Shown piece after piece: positions 26,902-39,447 of a stretch of DNA of 64,000 bases; position 1 is the stretch's first letter, and each line of letters begins with the position of its first letter. The DNA lies in the NCBI GenBank assembly GCA_013265495.1, contig MU058213.1, forward strand, positions 434,001 through 498,000. The letters run 5' to 3'. The notes below the pieces were generated by a model. That model was not told the origin of the DNA. It ran no database searches and saw only the letters and a program-made list of their open reading frames with translations. The position numbers and the translations under genes were made by a program. This stretch comes from Vicugna vicugna (lineage: Eukaryota).

Positions 26902-27519
26902 GTAAGTAAAATCCTTAGAAATACAACATGAAACATTTAATTTATTAGAATTTATTTTTAATTTGCTTTTTCAATTAACAATTTTTAGATCTGGTATTTT
27001 ATTTCCCATATAGTTAATAAACAAAATTAGTTACAATGAGGCAGTAAAACGAGAGCTCAAGAGTCAGGCACTCTGAATTCATTGGAATGTTGTTCAAACT
27101 ACACTTTTAGGAGAAAGAAACAAGACTAGATTAGGCATCTAGCTAAATACAGATTTAGATTTTGTGCTGTGGTTAGTACAAATTTTCTGAAACTTTGGCA
27201 TCTATAATAACATTCTGTCATAGTCATTGGCTATTATGAGACCCCCCCAAGCCCTACAGGAACTTGGCCAACATTAAAAAATATTAATGTATATTTCATT
27301 TTAATCTTTGAAATAGATTAATATGTCTCAAAAATATTTTAAACAACCAAATCTTGAAACATTCTTTGTTTGATACTATTAACCAGAATATGAAAAAAAT
27401 AACCAACCAGAAGCCCTATTCCTTCTCTGCACATTAGATAATTCAAGTAAATAAGGAAGCTCCTGGACCCAAATAAATACAATTACCATTGCTGTCATCA
27501 GTGATAATCCTTCTATTAA

Positions 27520-27775
27520 TAGCTAACATTTCTTGAGCGATCAGTAAATACCAGTGCTGATCTCTGGGCTTTACACGTGTCACCTCACCTAATCCTCACT
27601 GTAACACAGTGAGGTGTGTACTGTTATTAGTTCTTTCCCACTTTAATAAATGAGCAGTCTGAGGCTCAGAGGGGTTAAGTAACTTTTCCAAAGTAACGCA
27701 ACCAGCAAGTGGCAGAGCCAGGATTCACCACCAGGCCTTTCTGGTTCCACAACCCCGGATTCCTGACTACCAAGC
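27520..27775 (-). mobile_element. MIR SINE (other MIR pieces at ~11460-11700, 20330-20530, 46540-46770, 49820-50010, 55370-55610)
   Basis: MIR core TGAGGCTCAGAGGGGTTAAGTAACTT..AAGTGGCAGAGCCAGGATTC. Confidence 0.7.
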
Positions 27776-28894
27776 TATGCTATATTTTATACACAGCGCC
27801 TCACTGTCATAACGTTTGCTAAAATATGCCAATTATCAGAAGGCTGAGCATGAGCCTGTGGTTCTACAGCATCTGATGCTCAGCACTTGAATCAAGCTAG
27901 AAAAATAAAAGTGTTCTTGACTTGATGATGTGACTTAAGTAACATGTCTGTCGGAAGATCTAAAATAGCATTAAAACCGGGCAACGTGAGAGTAACGACT
28001 GCCCATCACGGGTGCTGGCACAGGGTAGATGTTTGAAAAATATCTGTTAAATGAATAAATGAACTTGCCCTCCAGTCTCTCAGCAATAGAGACTATTTCC
28101 ATGATGATGACGGCAAACTTGGAATAAACATTCATGTAAAAAAGGGACTAAGCTACAAAACTGACGTGTTTTTCCAGCAGTTATTACATATCTAAATTTG
28201 TAGGTTGAAAGCAGTTTTAATTTGAAACCTATCATTAAAATAGAAAAAGAGCAGAACTCGATCATTGGTAAGGTGAAATTAGCAATTTAAGGGTTCTTAT
28301 CTGTGTATGATCTCTATCCTTTAGTAGACTTGTTTTCAACAAACCAAAGATATTTGCAGTATATTTTGTATGTAAGTAACTAAAGGGATAATAAAGAAAT
28401 AATTTGTTATTTCTGTTTAATATATTATTTACAGTAAAATGGCAAGGATGTGAGCAGTTTATAGTTCATTGTCAACACTACTGGAAAATAATCTAACTTC
28501 TGCTCTAGATCAAATAGATAACTTGCTAAACAGACTGAATAAATTCAAAATATAATTATCTCTTTGATACTGTTTTTCATCCAACAATTATGTATTGAAT
28601 GCATGCCATGTGACAAGCACACCGTACAACTACAAGGAATAATTGCCATCCTTTAGGGAGAAGAAAGCAAAGCTTCTTTCAGCCTTATGCCTGGATGGCT
28701 TCACATGGTCTAGCCCTCACCTGGCTGCCCCCAGATGGTTCCCCTTTCACCTATGCCATAGTCAGGAAAGACCTTTTCTTAGCTTGGAAGTTGGTTGATT
28801 ACCCCACAGGCAAAAGAGATATTAAGACTGTGACTATGGCTGAACAACTCACTGTTAAGAATTACAAATCAGCATTAAAGCAAGAGCTTCATAA

Positions 28895-29030
28895 GGGGAG
28901 GGTATAGCTCAATGGTAGAGTGCATGCTTAGCATGCACAAGGTCATGGGTTTGATCCCCAGTACCTCTGTTAAATAAAAAAATAATAATAATAAATAAGT
29001 AAACCTAATTACCCCTCCCCCCCAAAAAAG
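28895..29030 (+). mobile_element. tRNA-derived SINE (Vic-1-like)
   Basis: Same body and tail as the 15731 copy; 16-bp TSD TAAAGCAAGAGCTTCA (28876-28891 / 29031-29046). Confidence 0.9.
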
Positions 29031-29452
29031 TAAAGCAAGAGCTTCAAGAGACTTTTCTATATATGTTTCAGAAACAAATTCAACAAAGTACTTGTGGGAT
29101 TATTGTGAATGTAAACAAATCATGTGTATGTGAGATAACATTATCCCCATTTTACAGATGTGACAACTGAGTCTCAGAGTTTGAGTCACTTAACTAAGCG
29201 TACATAACATGTGGCCAAGCTAGGAAGCGAATTCAGCCTGTAAAATTCTGTAGTTTGACCTGTAATCAAATTATTGTATGGTAAATTTTCAGTTTACCAT
29301 GCCCCAGGCACTTCCATATAACCATGTCTGTGGCAGGGAATATTCATGAAACTTGCCGCACTGAATGCCCATGTAGAGAAAAGGCCCAAATGTATTTTTT
29401 TAAATGTTGTTATTATTAGCAGTGATGCCACATACAAATCAAAAGTTTAGGA

Positions 29453-29771
29453 CAGCACTGTCCAATAGAAGTAAAATGAGAGCCACAAATGTAAGGCACA
29501 TGTGTAATTTTAAATCCCCCAGAAGCCACATTAAAAAAAGAACAGAAAGAAATGGGTGACATTAAATTTAATAATATATTTTCTTTAAACCAGCATACTG
29601 AAATAGTATTATTTCAAAACATCAATGTGAAAATGTAGTGAGGTCTTTTACAGTATTTTTCTTGTACTACATCTTTGAAATCCAAAGCGTGCTTTTCATT
29701 TACAGCATGTGTCGATTCAGAACAGGCACTTTTCTGAATTGTGCACCGTGGCTACTGCTGGGAGAGTACAG
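29453..29771 (+). mobile_element. MER33-like hAT-Charlie DNA transposon fossil
   Basis: CAGCACTGTCCAATAGAA..GAGCCACA..TAATTTTAAAT..GCCACATTAAAAAA...GTGGCTAC. Confidence 0.7.
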
Positions 29772-30361
29772 GTTTGGGCAATGCAGGAAACTGCATTTCC
29801 CCCCAATACTGTAAAGTACGGACAGCAAAACCTTCTCTTTGAAAATGTTTTTCTACTCTAATTGTTTTCTATAACCTTTAAGAAATCTTGTCTTTGCTTT
29901 ACTAATGTTCTTATCCCCAGCACATGTAATAGGTGCTCAAATGTTTACTGAACTGAAGTGAACCTGGGCCTCCAGCCCAGGGTTATGTTTGGCTGGGTCT
30001 CTCCTTGTTTTGTTCAGTATGAGAAAAGTGTTTTTGCAAGTTGAAAAGAAATTGGCAAGATCCCGGCTACTTGCCAAGAGGTCCCGCAACTTTTTTTTAT
30101 AAAGGCCTAATTGCTCTGACATTTTGTTATTCTAGTAATGGAAGTAAATCCCAAAGCTTGGGGCGTCCACAAGGAAAGACCTGATGCCTTCCCTTCTGGG
30201 GCTCTAATTAAAATGTGTGCATTTAATTCTAACTGAAGACCTAGCACTGAATAAATGTATTTTTAATTTACATGGTGCATGATAACATCAGTGCAAATCC
30301 TTGAGCCTTTCTTGTAGTTCAAGTAACTGCTTGCGTACTACACCAGATTATTCTTCTAGTC

Positions 30362-30569
30362 CGGTGGTTCTCAACTCAGAGCAATTTTGTCCTCCCAGGG
30401 ACACTTGGCAGTGTCTGGAGATATTTTTGGTTGTCATGGTGGGGAGGGGTACTGTTGGCATTTAGTGGGTCTCAGAGGCTGCTGAACCTTCTGCAGGACA
30501 CAGGACAACCTCCCACAACAAAGAATTATTTGGCTTCAAATGTCAATGGTGCTGAGGTTGGAAATCCTG
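30362..30569 (+). mobile_element. MER20 hAT-Charlie DNA transposon fossil
   Basis: GTGGTTCTCAAC..GGGACACTTGGCAGTGTCTGGAGATATTTTTGGTTGTCA..CCCACAACAAAGAATTAT..AAATGTCAATGGTGCTGAGGTTG. Confidence 0.85.
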
Positions 30570-31371
30570 TTCTTGTCTCAAGTTGGTTTCCTTCTCCTCT
30601 TCCTTCTTGTCTTTTCCACCGTCAAAGCAATTAAAATAGTCCAGAAGTTCCTTGTTCTACTCCCCAGAGCAATCACTAGTCGTGGTTTGTTTTTTCATTC
30701 TTCTAGTTGTTGTCTGTACAACTTTAAATAAGGAGACTGTTGAGCCTGGCTGAATATTAGTCACCTAGAGAGCTTTTGAGAAATGCAGCTGCGAGTCAAC
30801 TATACTGTAATAACAAAAAAACAAACAAAAGCAGCCATCCAGGCCACAGCCTGAGATTCTGATTTAATTCATCTGGGGTGGAGGCTAAGCATTGGTATGT
30901 TTTTTAAAGCTTCCAGGTCACTCTGATATACAACCACTCTGCCTTCTATCCCTCCTTCCTCTTTATCTTTGAATGGTAGTTAGTCTATCATATCACACAT
31001 TTGAGCTTTATACATTTTATGTCATCATATTCTGTTGTGCATATAGCCTAACTCCAAAAAGTTAAAACTTACCACCAGCATTTACAATTATCTGACTGTA
31101 CAAATACATAAATCTCTGTTCTTGTGGGCCTTACAGTCTGGTGACTCATGCTCGTCTTGTCCTTGTTCTTTTGTAAGTTTTTCTTCCTAGATACTTTTAG
31201 GACTCTCTCTTTTCCTTTGGAGTTCTGAAATTTCACTTATATGTGCCCACTTAGGAGTCTTTTGTATTTATTCTACTGAGCATCCAGTGGGTTCTTTCAG
31301 ATAAAGACTCATGGCTTTCTTCAACCCTGGGAGATTTTCCCCTGTTCATTTCTGTTGTCTTTTTGCTGCTG

Positions 31372-31427
31372 TTTTTTTTTTTTTTTTTTTTTTTTTCCTT
31401 TTGAAAACTTTCTTTTTTGATTTTTTG

Positions 31428-31469
<42 letters not shown>
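31372..31469 (+). repeat. Long interrupted poly(T) tract
   Basis: Direct reading; it produces the spurious poly-F and poly-K ORFs. Confidence 0.9.
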
Positions 31470-31470
<1 letters not shown>

Positions 31471-33421
31471 GTCCTTCTGAAACTCCTGTTAGATGAATGC
31501 TGAGCTGCTCTGTCTTTCCTCCATGTCTCCTAACATTTCTCTTGTATCTTCTCTTTGTCTTTTCCTCTACATTTTTGAAAACATCTTCAGCTTCAGCTTC
31601 TAGATTACCAACTTGGTCTGCAGCCACATTCATTTTATAATTCTAGATTTTTAATGCAGTATTTCAAAATTTCAAGGCATTTTCTTGTTCTTTGTCCTCT
31701 TTTTAAATATATATATATATAATAGCCAGTATTTATTTATTTTATGGCTTTTCTTTTTCTTTCTTTCTTTTTTTTTTTTTTTTGTTGGGGTGACAGAGAG
31801 AAATAATAATATTTAGAAGTTTTGCATATTTCTGTTCCCTGAGTGATCTTGGTTCCGTAAGTGGCATGTTATCCTGTTTGGTCAACTTGGTTTTTCTCTT
31901 TCATGATGTTGGTTTTCCTGATATGTCTGGCAATCATTGGTTGCCTGTTCATATTTCCAAATAGAGAACAAAATAGATTTGTGTAAACCAGGACCATCTC
32001 CCCCTCTGCAGTTATGTGGATCTGGTTCACCGATAGATCTCTCCCTTAAAAGGGAGGCCCCTTTATATTTCTCCATTTGTTACCAACGGACAGGCTATGT
32101 ATTTTATTTATCAATTATTGACTCTGCCCCTCCTGCTCAAATATAAGCTCCCTAGTACAGGGATTTTTATTTTCTCTACTGCTAGCACACAATAGAAGCC
32201 TGATAGTCTTTTTTTAGTAAATGATTGAATGAATGAATGGGTGGTTTTGTAAGGAGGCAGGTGAATTGTTGGGCAGCCTTCCCTGTAGTGTGTGCAGTGG
32301 AGGCCCACAGGCAACCTAGGAGTCCTCCGCAACTGCTCCACTTAGGAGGGCTTTGCTCTGGGACGGGTGCATTTCAGTATATTTCCTTCCTGGACATCGT
32401 CGCACTGCATCTGGTGGAAGGTCTGGAGATGCCTCAGTTTCTGCACCGCTCTCTCAGGACCTAGCACCCTCAGTAGAGGCTCATCCTGGGAGATTTCTCC
32501 CTGATAGTTGTGCTGGGAGTTGCTCTCTTTCAGGGAAACTACAAGGAGGGGTGCTGTGCCCTCCATCTGCTCTAGCAAAACTGTGTGTTCCTAAGGCAGT
32601 TCTGTAATCAAACGCCCTTACCAAGTCTTACCTCTGGCGTCTCAGGCAATCATGTGCTAATTTCTCCTCCAGTCTTTCTATTTTTTGTATTTTAGCAATG
32701 TTCCAAAATAATGGCCCTCTTTTTTTGTTTTCTTGCACTGTGAGAGTTCCAGGCACTTAAAAATTATGTCTTTTCTTCATGACAGTGGAAAACTTTGGGA
32801 GTAAGGAGAGCAGACAGGTATGTGTGTGCAGTCTGCTGTCTGGAACTGAGTCTTCAGTGGCTCTGCCACTCTGGGGGTGAGCCAGGGGTGATTTTGTTCT
32901 AAAAGTTATCTTTGAAAAATCCTGATTTACAGATGACCTGAAATAATAGGACTAAATTAGTAGTGCCCAAATGCTAGTCAGTGATAAAATTTTCTATACA
33001 TTTATATTAAAAGGGAAAAAATGAAATAATTCTGAGATTATGTCCTTTCTACATTTTTTATAATGTTAAAATGCCTTTTCTTTAAAAAATGACAATGATA
33101 ACAGATGGTAGTGGGTTTTTAAAAAATGTCCTTACTTAATAAAACAAAGTTTTATTTTATAACAGTGTATATTCTTTTTCATTATATGTTATTACAAACT
33201 ATTGAATATAATTCCCTGTGCTATACAGTAGGACCTTGTGGTTTATTAAACTAAACAATTTTTATTGCAGTTTTCTTATTTTTGTTACTTGGTGATGAAA
33301 GTATGATTTAACTAAGATTTTCCTTAAGTACTGCAAAAAATATCTATTTAAGGTAGGGGTGGGGAGTTGAGTAAATAAATCTTTGGAAACCCTAATGGTT
33401 ATTTCTTTTTTACATAATAAG

Positions 33422-33565
33422 GCTTTTGCAGATATGCTAAAAGTAAACAAGACCTTGAAAAGTCTAAACATAGAATCCAATTTTATCACTGGTGCTGGGA
33501 TCCTGGCCCTTGTAGAGGCACTAAAAGAAAATGACACCCTGACAGAGATCAAGATCGACAACCAG
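33422..33565 (+). CDS. TMOD2: Tropomodulin-2 exon 8, [48 protein letters not shown]
   Basis: Acceptor ...tacataataAG|, donor CAG|GTGAGC, 144 nt; LRR motifs LNIESNFI and IKIDNQ. Confidence 0.97.
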
Positions 33566-35165
33566 GTGAGCTAACTCCCCAGGGTGCGTGTGAGGAGGAG
33601 GAATGCCGCAGTGAAGGGAGCTGAAAGACCCAGTTCTGTGACTTGATGTGATGTTCTGGTTTTCCGGTGAACTGGGACTGCTTCTAGCCTGTGGAGGGTG
33701 TGTGGGAGACCATATTAATGATTAAATGGTACACCGTGGGGCAGCCTGAGACAGAAAGCGTCCGCTCTCCCCCAGCCCTGGGCTCCTCAGGCAGCAGAGG
33801 AGAAAGAGAGGAGGTGGGGGCAGAAGCGTCGACAGCTGCTTTTTTTTCAGCCTTCATCATCCTTGCCTCTTAGCACGAATCTCAGCCCAGTCCTGCCCCA
33901 GCCGTGCTGCTGCCTCTCACTGGAACTGTGAAAAAAGCAGCGTGGCCATGCCCAGAAACAGGCTCCTTGTCCCTGGTTGGAGGCTGCCAGAGCCGAAAGA
34001 GCAGTCCCAGGTCCTGCTGTCTGGTGCTGGCCACAGAACCTGTTTAAAGGAATCAGGGTTCTAGAAGATGGTCTGGCTTAGAGTCCACACCCACAGTGTG
34101 ATCACAATCTCAGCCTCTGTTGCAGCATCTCTCCAGGTCCCACCAACAGCCAAAGTGGGCTGCTTTTCCTGAAGTCACCACCCCCTGTGCCCTGAAGACC
34201 CCCTTTCCCAGCATCAGCCCACAGTGTCTCTAGAGTTGCTCTGCTGACTTCAGCTGGTTCCTGCCACAGACAGCAGCTCTCAGTTCTCAGCATGATGCTG
34301 TGCCTTGCCCCTTTGGCTACAGGGACGTATCTGTAATGGGATTCAGTGAATTGGAGAGGTCTAGACACTGTATAGTTGGAATAAAGGATCCTGGAATGGA
34401 TCAGAAGGAAGAGAAAGCAAGGAGACTTGTATTGTGGGCATACCCTGTGGGGTGATGGGAGGTGCAGTGTAGGGAGGACCTGTTGAGAGTGCCCCCCGCC
34501 TGTCTGGGAAATGCCCTGGTCTGGAACCTCCAAGGTCTGATAAAGCCCCAGGATGCCACCCGAGACTTTTGCCTGAGCCTGGAGAACCCCAACAGATCCC
34601 ATGAATAGCTCTACTCTCCTTTTTTTTTGGCTAACCCGGACAAATGGGCTGTCTCAGTGCATGCAGGTCCTCTACCCCTAGACCCCTCCTGAGGCTTGTT
34701 ACCAGGGAAGCAGGGAAGCCCCACCAGGTACTCCCTCACTCTCACCCTCCCCAGAAGGGATGCATTATCAAAACAGCTTGCCCTGTACAGAGGTGTGGAG
34801 TGAGTCCCCAGAAATGTGCATGTGGGGATGCCTACACTCGGGAAGCTCACTCCTGTGTATCCTAGTGTGTCCAGCTGCTAGTAAATTAAGAAAGAGGCAT
34901 CAGGAAGTGAGAGAGTAGGTTAACAAGTTAGAGGGAAATAAGGAGTGAAAAGAAGTGAACCCTCAGGGATATATATCAAATAGACTGATATCAGGAAGAA
35001 GTTAAGAGGGCTCTTAGTGAGTTTTTCCAGGAGAGCTAAGACAGAAGTGGATTCCTTATTTGCAAGTATGTTTAACTTTTTGTGTTGGTTTAGGCCGTTG
35101 TGAAACCCCATATCTGAAATAATGTTCCAGATACTCTTTTTCCAGTTCCTTGTAAGATACTACCT

Positions 35166-35332
35166 AGAGCTGCCAGATAAAATACGGTTAAATTTGAATT
35201 TCAGATAAACAATGAACAATTTTTAGTACAGGTATATCCCAAATAGGACACACTTGTGCTAAAAATTATTATTTATTGAAATTCAAATTTAGCCATATGT
35301 CCTGTATTTTTAGTTGCTAAACCTAGCAATCT
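35166..35332 (+). mobile_element. MER53-like DNA transposon fossil
   Basis: GCCAGATAAAATAC..GTTAAATTTGAATTTCAGATAAACAATGAA...GAAATTCAAATTTA..TCCTGTATTTT..TTGCTAAA; palindromic arms. Confidence 0.7.
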
Positions 35333-37113
35333 TATACTTAGTAAGTAAGCGAAAATCCTGAAAATTTAGAATAGAGTAGCTTTTTAGAATGCACGTGAAG
35401 AAGACCCTGAAATGCAAAGTCTGAACTTGTTCTCTTAAATGCCCTTTGAATCATCGTCTTCCCCCTTCTCAGTCATCTAGGAATGGATTTGTATAATTTT
35501 CAACTTTCATTCTCCAGTATGCCTCTAAAATAGCTTCTCTTATGACAAGAGAAAGGATTAAGTTCTAGAGCAGCTGCAGAAAGTATTGGCTTTATTCCAA
35601 GAATGAGGAAATTCAGAGTTAAAACTTGTCTTCCATCCAGATTTTGTTGATTGACTTATACACTGTTAGAAGTGGACCTCAGTTTCCTCATCTGTGTAAT
35701 GAAGGATCTGAAATAAAATCAGCCCTGAGAGTTTCCCCAGGCAGGACCAGCAGCTGAGACCAATTTAACATCACTGCAGAGGCAGCTGCACCAAAATGAA
35801 GGCCTGCTGAGAATCCACGACCGGGGCTCAGCTCCAGGTCAACAAGTGATGATTTAATCAGGTGCCTCTGTGAGCTGAACAGTCAGTGATGCACATTAAT
35901 GAAACCGATGGGTAACTGCTCAATAAATTTGAGTAGAGAAAAAAGGTAACATGAAAAGGTGATCTGGAGAAATATATGCTGAAACTTTGTTTCTTTTTCT
36001 TTGTATTTAGTGACTTGAAATAAAAAAGAGACACATACCCAAATTATAAGAAATTCTGGTGCCCATTGGACACTCAGGCTGAGAAAGATGCTCTATGCTC
36101 TATTACTCTCTCCTCTTCCTTTATATGCTATCCTCCCAATATCATTTTCTTCAGCTCCTACATCGTTTATATCACCACAGCATGCCCAGCCTATATGTCA
36201 CCCAAATCTAGGACTCCAGATGCCTAAGATTTGCAAGAGGAAATAAAAGGGCTTTCTGTCCTCCCTCTCAGTCAGCTACATCCACTTTGAGCTCCTTCTG
36301 CCTTTGGAGAGCACCTTTGGCCCACCACAGGGGCATAAGCCATAACTGGGGCAGCCCTGACCTAAGCTCAGGTCTGTCCTTCTTGTGGTCCTGCTCTTCT
36401 AAACTGTGTGATGAGCTAAAGTTTCTCATGAGGCTTTAAGGTCAGTATCTTTTACTCTCCCTCCCACAGATCAGCATTGCTGAGAACACTAACCTCTACA
36501 CTGTGGATACCCAGAATTGCAATTGTCTGACTGGACATACCACATTTTGTTCATTTCTCAGAGAGAGACTCACTTGACAGGTTGCTGGATAGAAAGAAGA
36601 AAGAGAGCAGAGTGAAGCCTTAGAACTTGCCTAGGACACAAAAATTCCTCCATAAACTTTTCTTCTTCATCTACTCAATACTTAAATTTTCCAGATTTGA
36701 AAGGTACATGTATATTTTTAATCTGTTACCAGTCAATCAAAATTGCATGATACCAGCACAGACAAACTTGGCAGAGCAACAGAGTCCAGGAACATACCCA
36801 AGTCTACCAGAGAATTTTGCAGCAAAGTAGTATTTCAGCTCAGTGAGGAAAGAACGAAGTAAAAGATGGTGCGACAACTCACTAGCATTTTGGAACAAAA
36901 TTACGTTGGGACTCTACCTTAATTCTTATCCTAAAATTCATTCCAGGTAAAATGAAGATTTAAGTTTTAAAACATATGAAATCATAGAACAGATGGAGGA
37001 AATCAGAGGCTTTCTCATCATGGCATAAAATCTGAGAGATTAGTAAGTTTGACCATAAGAAAATGAAAAAGAAGTCTTTATAGTAATCAAAAAGACAGTC
37101 AAAAGACAAATGG

Positions 37114-37711
37114 AAAATGCTGGAGAGGGTTTGGAGAAAAAGGAACCCTCTTACACCACTGGTGGCAATGTAGTTTGGTGCAACCAGTATGGAAAACAGT
37201 ATGGAGATTCCTCAAAAAACTAAAAATAGACTTACCATAGATCCAGCAATCCCACTTCTGGGTATATATCCAGAGGGAACTCTAATGCGAAAAGATACAC
37301 ACACCCCAATGTTCATAGCAGCACTATATACAATAGCCAAGACATGGGACCAACCTAAATGTCCATCAGCAAATGACTGGATAAAGAAGTTGTGGTATAT
37401 TTATACAATAGAATACTACTCTGCCATAAAAAGAATAAATAATGCCATTTGCAGCAACATGGATGGACCTAGAGATCATCATTCTAAATGAAGTAAGCCA
37501 GTAGGAGAAAGAAAAATACCATATGATATCACTCATGTGGAATCTAAAAAAAAAGGACACTATGAACTCATCTACAAAACAGAGACAGACTCACAGACTA
37601 AGTAAACAATCTTATGGTTACCAAGGGAAGGGGGTGGGAAGGGATAAATTTGGGAGTTTGAGATTTACAAATGTTAGCCATTATATATAAAAATAAATTT
37701 AAAAAAATTTA
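37114..37711 (+). mobile_element. 5'-truncated young L1 (ORF2 C-terminus plus part of the 3' UTR), nested in an older L1M fragment (~36850-38500)
   Basis: ORF 37189-37491 ([11 protein letters not shown]...PMFIAALYTIAKTWDQPKCPS) is the L1 ORF2p C-terminus; TSD AAAAGACAAA(T/A)GG at 37101-37113 and 37712-37724. Confidence 0.9.
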
Positions 37712-39302
37712 AAAAGACAAAAGGAGCAAAATATTTTCAGCATGTTTGACAAAACTCTAATTTCCTAATATACAATATACTTAACAATCAGTTTTAGAAA
37801 CAGGAACTATAAGCTGGTAGAAAAATGGACAAAATGACAGAGATAGGTATTTTCTAAACGAAGAAATACAAATGCCTAAGAAAATTATTGTTCTTAGTCG
37901 TAATTTGAGAAATGCAAATTAAAGCAATTCAATAAATGTGAATGAAATACATTTTTACCCCTTGGATTGACAAAGATGAAAAAGATTCATAATATCCCAT
38001 GTTGGCTAGGGTAGGGAAAACAATGAATCTCCAACACTATTCCTAAGAGTAAGATTTCTCATAATCTTTGAGGGTATGTCAGTAATTTATCAAAATCTGA
38101 AACATCCTTACTCTTGGACCCAGCTATAATTTGCCCTACAGGCACGCTTCAGAAATGCCCCAGGACGTACTATGTTTGCAAGGGAACTTCACAGTTTGGA
38201 ACAGTACAGATGGAAAGCAGAACTGTCACTCGGTAGGGTGTAGCTAAATAAATGATGATCACTTACTACAGTGGAATGCCGTGCAGTTGTTTACAAGGAC
38301 AAGGGAACCATATATTTAACTACATGAAAATATATTCTTAATCTTAAATGAAAAATAAAAACATGTTTCAGAACAATATGCTAGTGTAATCCATTCACGT
38401 GAAAATAAGCATAGACGTACATGTGATTACACAGACAGGAATGTGCAGAAAATGTTTCAAAGACTACTTGCCAAACTGGCTTTCTTTTGGGGAATGGGAC
38501 TACTTGCAGAGGGAAGCGTTTATATTTTACTCACTTTTTTGTCTTTTCTAGGAACTTTTTAAAAAAATGAATGAATATAATATGAAAAAAATATATAATT
38601 TCCTTAAATTTAACTGTAAATTTCTATACTTACGTGCCCCCATTTTTTAAAAACTCTGCTTTTTAAATTATTATTCTGTGCCTCAAGTTAAAAAGCGAAC
38701 AGACAAAAAAGCCTCTTTCCACCAACTTAAAAAACTGAGGGGATTTTCTGTAGCCCCAATGACCCCTTTAGTGTTTGATCATTCTCCTGGCCATGGTCCA
38801 AACCACTTCAGTAAAGCTTCTTGAGGATCTCCTAGTAAGACTGGTGAGAGACAGTGGGCCATCTGGTTGATGATCTTTAGTTATTTTTGGATATGGATCC
38901 CAGAATAGAAAATTCCGTAATTGGATTGATTGCTATAAGACAGTGTCACGATTGCAGAACACCCTTCCTTTGTTTAAACAGCAGACACTGGAGTAAATGG
39001 GAAACACCAAGCATTAGCTTTGCTTTAATTTTACATCTGGAATCGTCTTTTCCTTTATCGGTAATTTGCTTAGTCTTTTCAGTTTAACATACCAACAGAC
39101 TCATCCATCTGTTAGATTTTGCTTCTAGACAAGGTATAGGTCTCAAATGACTGTATGAGAGAAAATGTCTCGTGACATTGTCCCTTTCGATTTGAGACTT
39201 TTGCCTTTTTGTGTAACGAATAGCCATGCCTCTTTTCCATGCAAGTAACTGTTTCCTCTTCCTTCTTGGCCGTCCTCCGTTTGTGTCCACAACGGCAATC
39301 AG

Positions 39303-39447
39303 AGACAGCAGTTGGGTACAGCCGTAGAGATGGAAATTGCCCAGATGCTCGAGGAGAATTCAAGGATCCTCAAGTTTGGATATCAGTTTACCAAGCAAGG
39401 GCCACGAACAAGAGTGGCAGCTGCAATCACAAAGAATAATGACCTGG
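39303..39447 (+). CDS. TMOD2: Tropomodulin-2 exon 9, [48 protein letters not shown]
   Basis: Acceptor caatcAG|, donor TGG|GTAATG, 145 nt; KFGYxFxxQGPR signature. Confidence 0.97.

Noticed and set aside
31311..31633. Poly-Phe and poly-Lys ORFs (also the KKERK ORF at 63171-63389)
   Set aside because: Translations of simple repeats.
37189..37491. 100-aa ORF as a host gene
   Set aside because: It is the C-terminal fragment of L1 ORF2p in a 5'-truncated insertion.
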